A DNA stretch of 64,000 bases, from the NCBI GenBank assembly GCA_965222615.1, contig CBDCUI010000008.1:864001-928000 (forward strand), read 5' to 3'. This stretch comes from Gammaproteobacteria bacterium. GTDB lineage: Bacteria; Pseudomonadota; Gammaproteobacteria; UBA4575. Of this stretch, positions 9,177 to 20,758 are shown piece by piece; the stretch's first letter is position 1; each line of letters starts with the position of its first letter. The notes beneath the pieces were generated by a model, which was not told the DNA's origin, ran no database searches, and worked only from the letters and a program-made list of their open reading frames with translations. The translations under genes were made by a program, and so were the position numbers.

Positions 9177-9602
9177 ATGTCATTATTTAATATCTTTGAT
9201 ATCGCAGGGAGCGGGCTTAGCGCGCAAAATGTCCGTTTAAACACAGTTGCTAGCAATTTAGCTAATGCGGAATCGGTCGCAAGTTCACCCGAGCTTGCGT
9301 ATAAATCTAGACATCCAGTTTTTGCAACAAAATATCAAAATGAAATTGCAAACATTCAAAGCTCAGCAAGTGTAGGAGTTAAAACCATTGGGGTTGTTGA
9401 AAGTCAGGCAGAAAATGCCGCTCAGTTTCAACCGGGTAACCCGCTTGCTGACGAAGATGGCTATATTTATCTCTCCAATGTAAATGCTATTGAAGAGATG
9501 ACCAATATGATGTCCGCATCCAGCAGTTATCAATCTAATGTTGAAGTATTGAATACTTCTAAGGAATTAATTCTGCAAACTTTACGCTTAGGTAGATTAT
9601 GA
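9177..9602 (+). CDS. flgC: Rod protein FlgC
   Basis: RLNTVASNLANA; PGNPLADEDGY; NVNAIEEM. Confidence 0.95.
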   Translation: MSLFNIFDIAGSGLSAQNVRLNTVASNLANAESVASSPELAYKSRHPVFATKYQNEIANIQSSASVGVKTIGVVESQAENAAQFQPGNPLADEDGYIYLSNVNAIEEMTNMMSASSSYQSNVEVLNTSKELILQTLRLGRL

Positions 9603-9618
9603 AATAGAGATAATTAAT

Positions 9619-10281
9619 ATGAATCCGATTTCTTCAGATATTTTAAGTTTAGTTAATTCGCCACAGCAATCTAAAGAATCAAAAGAGCTAGGGCAAGAAG
9701 ACTTTATTAATTTAATGATTACACAGTTGCGTAATCAAGATCCATTTGAACCTTTACAGAGTGGTGAATTTATTGGGCAATTAGCTCAATTTGGAACGGT
9801 TTCCGGTATTAGTGAGTTGAAAGATACTGTAAGCGATCTAGCTAATTCTTTAATCTCCAATCAAACACTTGAGGCAGCAAACTTAATTGGTAAAAAAGCA
9901 TTGATACCTTCAGATAGCTTTAGTGTTGAACAAGAAGATTCGGTTAAAGGTGCAGTTGCAATCAATGCGCCCTCAAATAATGTCACGGTCAGCATCTTTG
10001 ATGCTGCAGGTAATTTAGTACAGACACTACCATTAGGGGTTGTGAATACTGGCATACAAGATTTCGAATGGGATGGTAACGATGCAAGCGGTAATCCAGT
10101 CGAAAAAGGCGTGTACTTTTTCTCATCGGTTGGAAACCAAGGTGAGGATAGCGTTGCATTTGATACATTTTCATACAAAGAAATTCAAAGTATTTCGATT
10201 GGTGATAGTGCTAGCTCAATACAATTAAATGTTTCAGACGGTACTGGACTAAAAATTTCTGATTTATTAAAAATCGAATAA
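9619..10281 (+). CDS. flgD: Hook cap protein FlgD
   Basis: LGQEDFINLMITQLRNQDPFEP; WDG. Confidence 0.95.
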   Translation: MNPISSDILSLVNSPQQSKESKELGQEDFINLMITQLRNQDPFEPLQSGEFIGQLAQFGTVSGISELKDTVSDLANSLISNQTLEAANLIGKKALIPSDSFSVEQEDSVKGAVAINAPSNNVTVSIFDAAGNLVQTLPLGVVNTGIQDFEWDGNDASGNPVEKGVYFFSSVGNQGEDSVAFDTFSYKEIQSISIGDSASSIQLNVSDGTGLKISDLLKIE

Positions 10282-10314
10282 GTATTTAAAATTAATTAAA
10301 TAAGGAGATATAAC

Positions 10315-11544
10315 ATGCCATTTGATATTGCACTTACGGGATTGAATGCTGCGCAAAATGATTTACAAGTCATCGCGAACAATATTGCAAATAGTGAAAC
10401 CAGTGGGTTTAAACGTTCTAGAACAGAATTTGCAGATTTATATGCTACTTCAGAGTTTGGTACTTCAAGTAATGCAATTGGTCAAGGAGTTCAAGTAGCA
10501 GCAATAACCCAGCAGTTTACCGATGGCGATATTAATTTCACTGACAATCCTTTAGATCTTGCAATATCCGGCAGTGGTTTTTTTGTATTAGAAGATAACG
10601 GCGCGCAAGTATTTAGTCGAGCCGGAGCTTTTCAAGTAGATAATTTGGGTAACATTGTTAATTCAACTGGAAATCAGTTGGTAGGTTTTCAGGCGGACTC
10701 AACTGGTAATCTGACAGGGGCGCAGGGACCGCTTGCAATAAGTCGTGCAAACTTAGCTCCAAATGTAACCAGTAGTATTAATATCGATGCCAATCTGGAT
10801 GCAGCTGAACCCATCCTACCTGCATTTTTAGTAGGACCTACAGGGCCTGATCCAGCTACGTATAATCATTCTGCATCGTTTACTACCTTTGATTCTTTGG
10901 GTGGTGAACATGTTACAACAGCCTATTTTAGGAAAGATACGGCAACAGATTGGCAAACTTTTCTATTTGTTGACAATGTACAAGTTGATGGACCGGATGT
11001 ATTGACGTTTGATACCTTTGGAAGTTTGTCTGCAATTAATGGGGTTGCTGGTGCAAGCACCACTACTTCACCTGCATTTACACCAGGTGGTGTGGGAGCA
11101 CCAACGACATTTACGGTTGATTATGGCGATATTTCTCAATTTGGGGGTGGGTTTGCAATTAGTGCTATAGACCAAGACGGTTATGCAACGGGACGTTTAA
11201 GCTCATTAGATTTTGATACAACTGGGACATTGTTTGCGCGTTATACCAATGGTCAGTCATTGACGCTAGGCCAGGTTGCACTTGCAAATTTTGCAAACTC
11301 GCAGGGATTACGTCCTCTTGGGGATTCAACCTGGTCTGAAAGCTTTGCTTCGGGTCAACCTCTGATTGGCGCACCTGGCTCAGGCGACTTAGGTTTAATA
11401 CAGTCCGGTTCGCTTGAAGGATCTAATGTCGATGTTACTGGGGAATTGATTAACTTAATTCAGACACAGCGTAACTTCCAGGCCAATGCGCAAGTAATCG
11501 GTACAGCAGATACGATTACTCAGACCATTATCAACATTCGTTAA
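10315..11544 (+). CDS. flgE: Hook protein FlgE
   Basis: ANNIANSETSGFK; FDSLGGEH; LEGSNVD. Confidence 0.95.
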   Translation: MPFDIALTGLNAAQNDLQVIANNIANSETSGFKRSRTEFADLYATSEFGTSSNAIGQGVQVAAITQQFTDGDINFTDNPLDLAISGSGFFVLEDNGAQVFSRAGAFQVDNLGNIVNSTGNQLVGFQADSTGNLTGAQGPLAISRANLAPNVTSSINIDANLDAAEPILPAFLVGPTGPDPATYNHSASFTTFDSLGGEHVTTAYFRKDTATDWQTFLFVDNVQVDGPDVLTFDTFGSLSAINGVAGASTTTSPAFTPGGVGAPTTFTVDYGDISQFGGGFAISAIDQDGYATGRLSSLDFDTTGTLFARYTNGQSLTLGQVALANFANSQGLRPLGDSTWSESFASGQPLIGAPGSGDLGLIQSGSLEGSNVDVTGELINLIQTQRNFQANAQVIGTADTITQTIINIR

Positions 11545-11567
11545 TTTGATCGAGGATAAATAAACAC

Positions 11568-12308
11568 ATGGATCGCGCATTATATCTGGCAATGAATGGT
11601 GCAAAGCAAGTACAGCTACATCAAGCCACAAATACACATAATCTTGCGAATGCAAGTACTACAGGATTTCGCGCTGATTTCGATGCATTTAATAGTTTGC
11701 CCGTATTAGGTCCGGGGTATGCCACACGTGTGTTTAATCAAGACGAAAGAAGTGGCGTTGATTTCTCCAATGGCGCATTGCAGCAAACTGGTAGAGAACT
11801 TGACGTCGCAATTAATGGTGAAGGGTTTATAGAAGTTCAAGCACCTAATGGCGACAATGCTTATACGCGTGCTGGTGATTTACATGTCACTGCAACGGGT
11901 TTATTGGAAACCGGTGCAGGCCATCCAGTAATGGGAAACGACGGGCCCATTGCAATACCACCATTTCAAAAATTGGAAATTGGTGGTGATGGGACGATTT
12001 CGATATTACCTGTTGGTCAAGAAGCTACAACCTTAGCTACGATCGATAGAATTAAGTTAGTCAATGCAAGTTCAGAGGCTTTGGTTAAAGGCGAAGATGG
12101 GTTGTTGAGGACAGTTACTGGTGTATCACTTGAGGCAGATGCATCAGTTACTGTTGCCTCGGGTGTATTAGAAGCAAGTAATGTAAATATAATCTCTGAA
12201 TTACTCGACATGATTGAGCTTGCGCGCAATTTTGAGATGCACATAAAAATGATGCAGTCGATAGAACAAAATGATTCTGCAACTACACAAATTTTAAGAA
12301 CTAACTAG
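11568..12308 (+). CDS. flgF: Rod protein FlgF
   Basis: MDRALYLAMNGA; NLANASTTGFRAD; YTRAG. Confidence 0.95.
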   Translation: MDRALYLAMNGAKQVQLHQATNTHNLANASTTGFRADFDAFNSLPVLGPGYATRVFNQDERSGVDFSNGALQQTGRELDVAINGEGFIEVQAPNGDNAYTRAGDLHVTATGLLETGAGHPVMGNDGPIAIPPFQKLEIGGDGTISILPVGQEATTLATIDRIKLVNASSEALVKGEDGLLRTVTGVSLEADASVTVASGVLEASNVNIISELLDMIELARNFEMHIKMMQSIEQNDSATTQILRTN

Positions 12309-12338
12309 TCAATATATTTAAGTCATAGGAATTTTTAA

Positions 12339-13124
12339 ATGGACACAGCACTTTGGAATTCAAAAACAGGATTAGATGCACAACAAACACGCATTGCAGT
12401 GATTGCAAATAATTTAGCCAATGCAAATACCACAGGGTTTAAACGAGACCGTGCAGTATTTCAGGACTTACTTTATCAAACAGTGCGCCAACCTGGTGCA
12501 CAGTCTTCTCAAGACACACAGTTTCCAACGGGACTGCAAGTGGGTACAGGAGCGCGTATCGTAGCAACGGAAAAATTATTTACCCAAGGTAATCTTACGC
12601 GAACAGAAGCCTCGCTTGATCTCGCCATTCAAGGCAATGGCTTTTTTCAAATTTTGCAACCTGATGGAACAATTGGTTATACCCGTGATGGTACCTTTAC
12701 TTTAGATTCAACCGGACAAATCGTAAATTCAAGTGGCTATGTTCTACAACCATCGATAACGATTCCACCAAACGTTCTCAATATCACGATTGGTGCCGAT
12801 GGAACAGTATCCGCACAAACAAGTGGAACTGCAGCTCCTACTCAAGTCGGCAATATTCAACTTGCTGAGTTTGTTAATCCAACTGGCTTACAGGCTAGAG
12901 GCAATAATTTATTGTTTGAAACGGCAGCCTCCGGTACACCACAAATCGGAACACCCGGTACCAATGGGCTAGGCACATTAGAGCAGGGCTCGCTTGAAAC
13001 AGCAAATGTAAATATCGTAGAAGAGTTGATTGGAATGATCGAAACACAACGAGTCTATGAAGTTAACTCACGTGCAATTGAAACCATAAGTGGCATGCTC
13101 GAATTTGCAAATAATACAATTTAA
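12339..13124 (+). CDS. flgG: Distal rod protein FlgG
   Basis: KTGLDAQQTRIAVIANNLAN; FQDLLYQ; YTRDG. Confidence 0.95.
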   Translation: MDTALWNSKTGLDAQQTRIAVIANNLANANTTGFKRDRAVFQDLLYQTVRQPGAQSSQDTQFPTGLQVGTGARIVATEKLFTQGNLTRTEASLDLAIQGNGFFQILQPDGTIGYTRDGTFTLDSTGQIVNSSGYVLQPSITIPPNVLNITIGADGTVSAQTSGTAAPTQVGNIQLAEFVNPTGLQARGNNLLFETAASGTPQIGTPGTNGLGTLEQGSLETANVNIVEELIGMIETQRVYEVNSRAIETISGMLEFANNTI

Positions 13125-13143
13125 TAGATATTGCTTATAAAAA

Positions 13144-13806
13144 ATGAAGTCAATTTTAACTATTGTTTTTATTTTTATAGTTACGACAGGGTGTTCCAGT
13201 TTCGGTAGCTTAAAAGATCCTGACTATGCCCCAGGTGAAGCAGTAATCCCTGAGGGTAAGGCAACAATTGATGGCGCCATCTATGATCCAGCATATAACC
13301 TATTTTTGTTTGAAGATGTTAAGGCCAGAAGAGTAGGTGATCTTATTACTGTCATACTTCAGGAAAGTATTAATGCATCCAAGTCAGCAACCACTGAAGC
13401 AGATAAGGACTCAAATATCGATTTACCTAATCCAACTTTGCTTGGCAAAGGCAATCGCCTAAATGAACTTGAAAACGATATTGAAACAACACGTGAATTC
13501 GATGGTGAAGGCGAGACTACCCAGGAAAATAGTATAGATGGCAATATCACCGTAACCGTGCACGAGGTGTATCCAAATGGCTATCTATTAGTTAAAGGTG
13601 AAAAGTTATTAGAGCTAAATGAAGGAAGTGAAATAGTACGAATATCTGGAATTGTTCGACCGACAGATGTGACCTCCGATAACACGATTCTTTCAAACCA
13701 AATCGCAGATGCACAAATAACCTATAAAGGTAAAGGAATTGTGAGTGATAGTAGCAAAGCAGGTTGGTTAACTAGATTTTTCTATACCACTATATGGCCT
13801 TTTTAA
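13144..13806 (+). CDS. flgH: L-ring lipoprotein FlgH
   Basis: Lipobox TTGC; ARRVGDLITV; GIVRPTD; GWLTRFF. Confidence 0.95.
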   Translation: MKSILTIVFIFIVTTGCSSFGSLKDPDYAPGEAVIPEGKATIDGAIYDPAYNLFLFEDVKARRVGDLITVILQESINASKSATTEADKDSNIDLPNPTLLGKGNRLNELENDIETTREFDGEGETTQENSIDGNITVTVHEVYPNGYLLVKGEKLLELNEGSEIVRISGIVRPTDVTSDNTILSNQIADAQITYKGKGIVSDSSKAGWLTRFFYTTIWPF

Positions 13807-13818
13807 TTAAGTATTAAT

Positions 13819-14931
13819 ATGACTAAAAACAGTATCACAAAATTGATAATAGTAATTTGCATTACATTGTTTGCAAATAATCTTAGTGCAGAACGCATCA
13901 AGGACATTTCCACTTTCGCAGGGGTTCGAAATAACCAATTACTTGGCTATGGATTAGTGGTTGGTTTAGATGGCACCGGAGATCAAACTTCGCAAACGCC
14001 TTTTACCATTCAAAGTTTAAAAAGCTTCTTAAAACAATATGGCGTAACTATTCCGCCTGACGTGAATCCACAGCTAAAAAATGTCGCTGCAGTGACCGTA
14101 CACGCAGACTTATCTCCTTTTGCAAAACCAGGACAAGCTATTGATGTAACGGTTTCATCACTGGGCAATGCCAAAAGTCTACGTGGAGGTAGTTTATTAA
14201 TTACACCTTTACGTGGGATTGATGGGCAGGTGTATGCAGTAGCACAAGGGAATCTCGTCGTTGGCGGTTTAGGGGTACAAGGCAGTGACGGTTCCAGTAT
14301 TAGCATTAATATACCGAGTGCAGGGCGAATTCCAAATGGTGCGACGGTTGAACGAACTGTGCCATCACCTTTTGCATCGAGCGAATATTTATATCTAAAT
14401 TTACATGCAGCCGATTTTACCACTGCAAAACGGGTACAGAATAGAATTAACAGACATTTTAAACAGCAAATTGCTCAAGCTATCGATGCCGTAACAGTTA
14501 AAATTAATGCTCCGTTTGAAAGTTCATCGCGTGTTTCATTTATTGCAGATCTTGAAAATATTGAACTAATTCCGGGTGACGCACCAGCAAAAGTAATTGT
14601 TAATTCAAGAACAGGAACAGTAGTGATTGGCTCCAATGTAAATGTTTCTCCGGCAGCAGTTACCCATGGAAGTTTGGCAGTGACGATCACTTCAGATCCG
14701 CTGGTTAGTCAGCCAAATGAATTTTCCTTAGGTCAGACAGCCGTAGTGGATCGAACCAACATAGAAGTCGAACAAGAATCTAATCGGATGTTCTTGTTTG
14801 GACCAGGTGTAACTTTAAATGAAATCGTAAATGCCGTAAATCAAGTGGGTGCCGCACCAGGTGATCTTGTAGCGATACTTGAAGCACTTAAACAAGCTGG
14901 CGCTTTGCGAGCTGAATTAGTCATTATATAA
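13819..14931 (+). CDS. flgI: P-ring protein FlgI
   Basis: [19 protein letters not shown]; [14 protein letters not shown]. Confidence 0.96.
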   Translation: MTKNSITKLIIVICITLFANNLSAERIKDISTFAGVRNNQLLGYGLVVGLDGTGDQTSQTPFTIQSLKSFLKQYGVTIPPDVNPQLKNVAAVTVHADLSPFAKPGQAIDVTVSSLGNAKSLRGGSLLITPLRGIDGQVYAVAQGNLVVGGLGVQGSDGSSISINIPSAGRIPNGATVERTVPSPFASSEYLYLNLHAADFTTAKRVQNRINRHFKQQIAQAIDAVTVKINAPFESSSRVSFIADLENIELIPGDAPAKVIVNSRTGTVVIGSNVNVSPAAVTHGSLAVTITSDPLVSQPNEFSLGQTAVVDRTNIEVEQESNRMFLFGPGVTLNEIVNAVNQVGAAPGDLVAILEALKQAGALRAELVII

Positions 14932-14947
14932 ATGCTTACTCAGCTTT

Positions 14948-15931
14948 ATGGATACACAAATTAATGTTTCAAAAGTCGTTTCTGGGTTGTTACAAGTAAA
15001 TGCATTAAATAATTCAGTGGGCATCACTTCTTCAAATACTTTAGATGATGCAGTACAACAATTTGAGGCATATTTTATTCAATCGATGCTAAAGAGTATG
15101 CGCAGTGCATCATTAGCTTCTGGTCTACTTGAAAGTGATAAATCTAACTTTTTTCGAGATTGGCATGATCAACAGTTAGCCAAGGATTTAGCTTCAAAAG
15201 AGACATTTGCCGTAGCAAATTTATTGCGTAGTCAATTTGGTGAAAAATCTAATGAAGCTATACCTGTTGCCAACTTAGGTCTTTCACCAATATTTAAGCG
15301 CAGCCCTTATGCCTTAGTTAAAAGCCCTGTGATTCCAGAAAATACTACTTTAAAACAGACAGTTACAAAAGAAATCGTAGAAACGGCACTTAAGCCTAAT
15401 AAAGTAGTTCCGCTTACACCCACAAAATTTGTACAAGAAGTGTATCCACATGCACAGCGTGCAGCTTCAAAATTAAATACATCGGCCGATGTATTAATTG
15501 CGATTGCTGCTTTGGAAACGGGCTGGGGAGTACACACACCGAAATTAAATGCTGCCCAAGATTCATTTAACTATTTTGGAATTAAAGCGAAAAACTGGCA
15601 AGGACCAGCAGTTACAAGCGTAACAAAAGAGTTTGACGGAACTAAAATGATTCAGGTGCAAGATAAGTTTAGGGCATATAAATCAACAGCAGAATCATTT
15701 AATGATTTCGCGAATTTTTTATTGCAGAGCCCACGCTATCAGAATGCGCTTAAATCAAGCCACAATGACAAGGCTTTTGTAGAAGAATTACAAAGAGCAG
15801 GTTACGCAACGGACCCAAATTATGCAAAAAAAGTAATTTCTATTTTAGAGGGAAGTATTTTAAAAAATGCGCTTAATTCAAATTACAAACTGAAGCTAAC
15901 AGAAAATAGTGAAAGTTCTAATGTACATTAA
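14948..15931 (+). CDS. flgJ: Rod-capping peptidoglycan hydrolase FlgJ
   Basis: QQFEAYFIQSMLKSMR; AALETGWG, NYFGIKA, GYATDPNYA. Confidence 0.92.
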   Translation: MDTQINVSKVVSGLLQVNALNNSVGITSSNTLDDAVQQFEAYFIQSMLKSMRSASLASGLLESDKSNFFRDWHDQQLAKDLASKETFAVANLLRSQFGEKSNEAIPVANLGLSPIFKRSPYALVKSPVIPENTTLKQTVTKEIVETALKPNKVVPLTPTKFVQEVYPHAQRAASKLNTSADVLIAIAALETGWGVHTPKLNAAQDSFNYFGIKAKNWQGPAVTSVTKEFDGTKMIQVQDKFRAYKSTAESFNDFANFLLQSPRYQNALKSSHNDKAFVEELQRAGYATDPNYAKKVISILEGSILKNALNSNYKLKLTENSESSNVH

Positions 15932-15945
15932 ACTATAGGTGAAAA

Positions 15946-17853
15946 GTGGTAGATGCATCAAGAGTTGCGCTGACAGGACTACAGGCCTTTCAACGAGCGC
16001 TTACAACAACTTCAAATAACGTAGCTAATGTTGGTACAGAAGGATATACAAGACAACGAGTCGATATTGTTACAAGACCTTCTGTAGCATTTGGCGATGG
16101 CTTTTTTGGAAGTGGTGCTCGAGTATCTGGCGTTCAACGAATTGAAGATCAATTTTTAAATGCACGGGTTCAGACAAGTGCATCGGATGTGTCAAGGTTA
16201 AATTCCTATTTAAGCCTTATTCAGCGTGTCGATAATCTATTATCTGATTCACAAGGTGGATTAGATAATGCATTGCAAAATTTCTTTAATAGTCTTCAAG
16301 ATCTTTCAAATGATCCTTCTTCGATACCGACTCGACAAGTTGTACTGAGTAATGCTGAAACCTTAGTTGCACGTTTTAAAGATTTAGATCAGAAATATAA
16401 CGATATTAATCAAGAAATAAACACTCGCTTGACTAGCGATATTAATGAAGTCAATAGTCTTGCGAGTAGTATTGCCGAACTGAATCAAAGGATCGTTGAA
16501 GCCAAAGCAGTGACCTCAGGTGCAGGTGTGCCTAATGATCTTGTTGATCAACGCAATGTTCTTATTGAACGATTATCTGAACGTATTTCGGTAAGCACTG
16601 TAGAACTAAATGATGGGTCTGTAAATGTGTTTATTGGTGGCGGTGAGTCGGTAGTGATCGGAAATTTATCACGGCAACTCTTCACAATAAATGATCCAAA
16701 TAACCCCGGTGAATTGCGCGTAGGTATCGATGCTGGTGCAGGTACCTTTGATATCACAAATAAAATCACTGGTGGTAGTGTTAGTGGGTTATTAGATTTT
16801 AGGAATGAACAGCTTAGTGAAATTCGTAATCAAACCGGTCGCATAGCATTAGTGCTTGCGAATACGTTTAATACACGACATCAAGAGGGTTTAGATGCCA
16901 ACGGCGCGCTGGGGACTAATTTTTTCACTGTGGCCGGTGCACAGACGATTAGTAGTCAAAATAACACTGGTACGGCGTCCGTTACTACAACGATAACTGA
17001 CTACTCGCAATTAACAAGTTCTGACTATGAGTTGAGTTTTGATGGAAGTGTTTTCACTTTAACTCGGTTAAGTGATGGCGTGAGCACTAGCGCGGCTAGT
17101 TCTCCTATCAATATTGATGGAATACAAGTAGATGTAGTCGGAGCCGCTGCTGCAGGGGATCTCTTTTTAATTCAACCTACACGTCAAGGCGCAGCTGGTA
17201 TTGATGTGCTGTTAACCAATACAAGTCAAATAGCTGCAGCTTCACCAGTGCGTACCTTAGAAAATACTTCTAACCTAGGTAATGGGAATATAACTGCTGC
17301 AGAGATTCTAGATATCAACAATGCCGATTTGCTGGATACAGTAGAAATTCGTTTTAATACACCGCCTTCTACTTTTGATGTTGTAAATGTAACCGATGGC
17401 ATTACGATTGCTGCAGGTGTGAGTTATACGAATAATGGAAATATCGACTTTAATGGCATACGTGTTCAGGTTCAAAATCAGCCTGAAGCAGGTGACGTTT
17501 TTACCATAGAACAAAATACAGGTGGTGTAGGGGATAACACTAATGCACTTTCTTTATTAGATATACAAACATCGCAAACAGTAGGCGGTACTGCTACGTT
17601 ACAGGAAGCTTATGGCGCATTGGTGGGTCAAGTTGGAACGGTAAGTCGTCAAACAAATATCAGTAGCCAGACACAACAAGCGTTATTGGATCAGGCCGTA
17701 CAAGAGAGAGATAATGTTTCAGGTGTAAACCTTGACGAAGAAGCCATTAACCTTGTTCGCTATCAGCAAGCCTATCAAGCTGCAGCACAAGTCATTGCTA
17801 CGTCGAATTCTTTGTTTGAAACATTTCTTGGAATCGTGAGCAGGGTGATATAA
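15946..17853 (+). CDS. flgK: Hook-associated protein 1 FlgK
   Basis: NNVANVGTEGYTRQRV; SGVNLDEEAINLVRYQQAYQAAAQ; GTG start. Confidence 0.95.
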   Translation: MVDASRVALTGLQAFQRALTTTSNNVANVGTEGYTRQRVDIVTRPSVAFGDGFFGSGARVSGVQRIEDQFLNARVQTSASDVSRLNSYLSLIQRVDNLLSDSQGGLDNALQNFFNSLQDLSNDPSSIPTRQVVLSNAETLVARFKDLDQKYNDINQEINTRLTSDINEVNSLASSIAELNQRIVEAKAVTSGAGVPNDLVDQRNVLIERLSERISVSTVELNDGSVNVFIGGGESVVIGNLSRQLFTINDPNNPGELRVGIDAGAGTFDITNKITGGSVSGLLDFRNEQLSEIRNQTGRIALVLANTFNTRHQEGLDANGALGTNFFTVAGAQTISSQNNTGTASVTTTITDYSQLTSSDYELSFDGSVFTLTRLSDGVSTSAASSPINIDGIQVDVVGAAAAGDLFLIQPTRQGAAGIDVLLTNTSQIAAASPVRTLENTSNLGNGNITAAEILDINNADLLDTVEIRFNTPPSTFDVVNVTDGITIAAGVSYTNNGNIDFNGIRVQVQNQPEAGDVFTIEQNTGGVGDNTNALSLLDIQTSQTVGGTATLQEAYGALVGQVGTVSRQTNISSQTQQALLDQAVQERDNVSGVNLDEEAINLVRYQQAYQAAAQVIATSNSLFETFLGIVSRVI

Positions 17854-17858
17854 CCACT

Positions 17859-19064
17859 ATGGCACGTATTCCTACAGCGTTTATTTTCCAAAAGACTGCG
17901 ATTGATATTGCTCAAAAACAATTTGAGCTTGCAGAAATTCAAAATCAAATAGGTACAGGAAAACGCCTTAATAAACCTTCCGATGGACCTGCTGAAACCG
18001 CGCGGGTTATCGATTTAAACCAAGCTATCGGTAGAATTGATCAGTTTCAGCGTAATAGTATTTTTGCAAATCAGCGCTTAGGTCTTGAAGATGCGACACT
18101 TTCAAGCATAAATAATCTATTACAACGTGTTCGAGATTTGGCTTTGCAATCAAATAGTGGTAGCCAGACAGATGAGACACGCACAATTATTCGAGCAGAA
18201 GTAGAACAACGATTGCAAGAGCTGCTTGACTATGCAAATGCACGTGATGGAAACGGCAATTATTTATTCTCTGGTTCAAAAAGCCGAACTGAACCGTTTA
18301 CGCAAACAGCTTCAGGCGTGAGCTATAACGGTGATCAAAATCAGTTGACCTTAAAAATATCGGGTAATCGCAATATTGCGGCTTCTGAATCGGGTTATGA
18401 TGTCTTTGTAAATATTAAAAACGGAAACGGTGATTTTTTTACAGATTCGAATTCCACCAATATCGGTGATGGAATCATTACAATAGGGTCTGTCATCGAT
18501 AATAGCTCATTTCAAGCGCATGATTTCACCATTACCTTCACATCGCCAACGAGCTATGACGTTGTAAATACAACTACTTCTACTACTATTTTAACAGCTC
18601 AACCTTATGTATCGGGTCAGTCGATAAATTTTAATGGGTCTGAAGTCACTATTTCAGGACAACCACAAACCGGGGATCAATTTGTGGTAAATGCAAGTCG
18701 AAGACAAGGGATATTTGCCACACTGCAGAATTTTATTAATGCTTTGAGTATTAGCCCTGCAAATCCAGCTGACCAAGCACAACTAACACAGGTTCTTGAT
18801 CGCACCATAAGCGATGTAGATCAGGCTTTACAGAATGTTCTTAATATTCGCACGTTTATTGGTACGCGACAAAATTCAATTGATACCGCTAATACCGAGA
18901 ATGAAGGCGCTAAGATAGAGTTGCAGACAACACGTTCACAAATTCAAGATTTGGATTTTGCTGAGGCCATCACACAATTACAGTTGCAACAAACTACTTT
19001 ACAGGCAATCCAAGGGGCTTTTGCACAAGTTCGAGGATTAAGTTTGTTTAATTTTCTTAGGTAA
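17859..19064 (+). CDS. flgL: Hook-associated protein 3 FlgL
   Basis: GTGKRLNKPSD; GNYLFSG; LSLFNFLR. Confidence 0.95.
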   Translation: MARIPTAFIFQKTAIDIAQKQFELAEIQNQIGTGKRLNKPSDGPAETARVIDLNQAIGRIDQFQRNSIFANQRLGLEDATLSSINNLLQRVRDLALQSNSGSQTDETRTIIRAEVEQRLQELLDYANARDGNGNYLFSGSKSRTEPFTQTASGVSYNGDQNQLTLKISGNRNIAASESGYDVFVNIKNGNGDFFTDSNSTNIGDGIITIGSVIDNSSFQAHDFTITFTSPTSYDVVNTTTSTTILTAQPYVSGQSINFNGSEVTISGQPQTGDQFVVNASRRQGIFATLQNFINALSISPANPADQAQLTQVLDRTISDVDQALQNVLNIRTFIGTRQNSIDTANTENEGAKIELQTTRSQIQDLDFAEAITQLQLQQTTLQAIQGAFAQVRGLSLFNFLR

Positions 19065-19184
19065 AATAATAGGGACTACCTTTTATCGGGTAAATCCCAT
19101 TTCTAAAAGATTTACTTATAAAGAAATTTAAACTACTACCATGTGTAGTTGTTTGAATTTATTACAAAAAATTTGATCATTTCT

Positions 19185-19211
19185 TAAAGATTTTAAATCT
19201 CACGCCGATAA
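19185..19211 (+). promoter_or_regulatory. Sigma28 promoter of fliC
   Basis: Consensus TAAA(G)-N15-GCCGATAA. Confidence 0.88.
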
Positions 19212-19316
19212 GGGAACCAGGACAGCGTAGAAGCCTATACGCGCTGCGGTGTCAAAGTCTTTGGAACTTTGTCTTTTTTCAAGGAGAAATGGGATTACTA
19301 CTAAGGAGTAAGTAAA

Positions 19317-20675
19317 ATGCCTCAAATTATTAATACAAACCTGTTTTCGTTGAATGCTCAGCGAAACCTGAATACAACGCAAAGTGCTTTGCAAACTTCA
19401 TTGCAGCGTTTGTCTTCAGGCCTACGAGTAAACAGTGCGAAAGACGATGCCGCTGGCTTGGCTATTGCTGAGCGATTTACTGCGCAAATTCGAGGGTTGA
19501 ATCAAGCCATTCGAAATTCAAATGATGGTATTTCGTTTTCGCAAACCGCTGAAGGAGCTTTATCGACAGCTACTAACGCTTTACAGCGTATTCGTGAGCT
19601 AGCAGTACAGTCTGCAAATGACACAAACTCATCTACAGATCGTCAAGCTCTGAATAACGAAGTACAGCAGTTAGTTGCTGAAATTAATCGAATTGCAAAC
19701 AGCACGCAGTTTAATGGTCAAAACATTTTGGATGGAACCTCAAGTACTTTGGTGTTTCAAGTGGGTGCCAATCAAAATCAAACCATCAGTGTCGATGGTG
19801 TCGATGCACGTGGTGAGATCCTTGGTGCACGTGTGTCAACAAGTGGTTCAATTGATCAAACCGCTATTAATGCATCGATTGCTGCAGATGATATCGTCAT
19901 TCAAGGTATTTCAGTTGACTTGTCTGGTTTGTCAGCTGGTGATACTACTGCGGCAATCGTGAATGCGATTAACCAAGTTACTGCACAAACAGGTGTAACA
20001 GCTCAGCTCAATACTACGGTTACAACAGGCGATGTTCAATTAACGGCTGCACCTGGTGGTACCGGAACTATTAATGGAGTACAAGTTGCTTTAACCGGTG
20101 TTGCCGCAACAGATGTGGATACTATTAATGCGCTAAGTTCACAAACTGGCGTTACTGCTGTTGCAGGTACTGATGCAGACGATGTAGTACTGAGTAACAC
20201 AGATGGGTCTGCCATTTCGGTAGGGGGTGCAGGTTTTGTTGCCGCTGAAACTTACCGTGCTGGTATTACCCTTGCTGGACAAGTTGGTTCTGCATTTACT
20301 GCAACAGGAACTTTTGCGGTTGAGACTGGGCAAACTGCTTTAGGGGCGTCACAGGCTGATCAAACTGTCAATGGAACTGATGTGTTAACGCAAAGCACTT
20401 CTACTGATGCGCTGTTGACAGTTGATTTTGCATTACAGCAAATCAACACATTACGCTCTGAATTAGGTGCGGTACAAACTCGGTTTGAATCAACTATTTC
20501 TAACCTTCAGATTACAGTTGAAAATCTAACTGCAGCACGTTCGCGTATTCAAGATGCAGACTTCGCAGCGGAAACGGCGAACTTAACTCGTTCGCAAATT
20601 CTGCAGCAAGCGGGGCTTGCAATTGTTGCACAGGCTAACGCTTTACCGCAGAACGTATTGTCACTACTCCAGTAG
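19317..20675 (+). CDS. fliC: Flagellin
   Basis: [20 protein letters not shown]; [17 protein letters not shown]. Confidence 0.97.
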   Translation: MPQIINTNLFSLNAQRNLNTTQSALQTSLQRLSSGLRVNSAKDDAAGLAIAERFTAQIRGLNQAIRNSNDGISFSQTAEGALSTATNALQRIRELAVQSANDTNSSTDRQALNNEVQQLVAEINRIANSTQFNGQNILDGTSSTLVFQVGANQNQTISVDGVDARGEILGARVSTSGSIDQTAINASIAADDIVIQGISVDLSGLSAGDTTAAIVNAINQVTAQTGVTAQLNTTVTTGDVQLTAAPGGTGTINGVQVALTGVAATDVDTINALSSQTGVTAVAGTDADDVVLSNTDGSAISVGGAGFVAAETYRAGITLAGQVGSAFTATGTFAVETGQTALGASQADQTVNGTDVLTQSTSTDALLTVDFALQQINTLRSELGAVQTRFESTISNLQITVENLTAARSRIQDADFAAETANLTRSQILQQAGLAIVAQANALPQNVLSLLQ

Positions 20676-20686
20676 TAGTAATTTAA

Positions 20687-20738
20687 CTTTCGGAGATATG
20701 CATCTGGAAACCTATCCTTCTAGATGCATAACCGAAAG
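20687..20738 (+). terminator. Long stem-loop after fliC (terminator or mRNA stabiliser)
   Basis: CTTTCGG..TATGCATCTGGA / TCTAGATGCATA..CCGAAAG arms; no U-tract. Confidence 0.55.
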
Positions 20739-20758
20739 ATGTAGATGAGAGATTTAAT

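Noticed and set aside
19065-19184. Flagellin glycosylation island or extra flagellins between flgL and fliC
   Set aside because: Only a weak hairpin and promoter DNA are present
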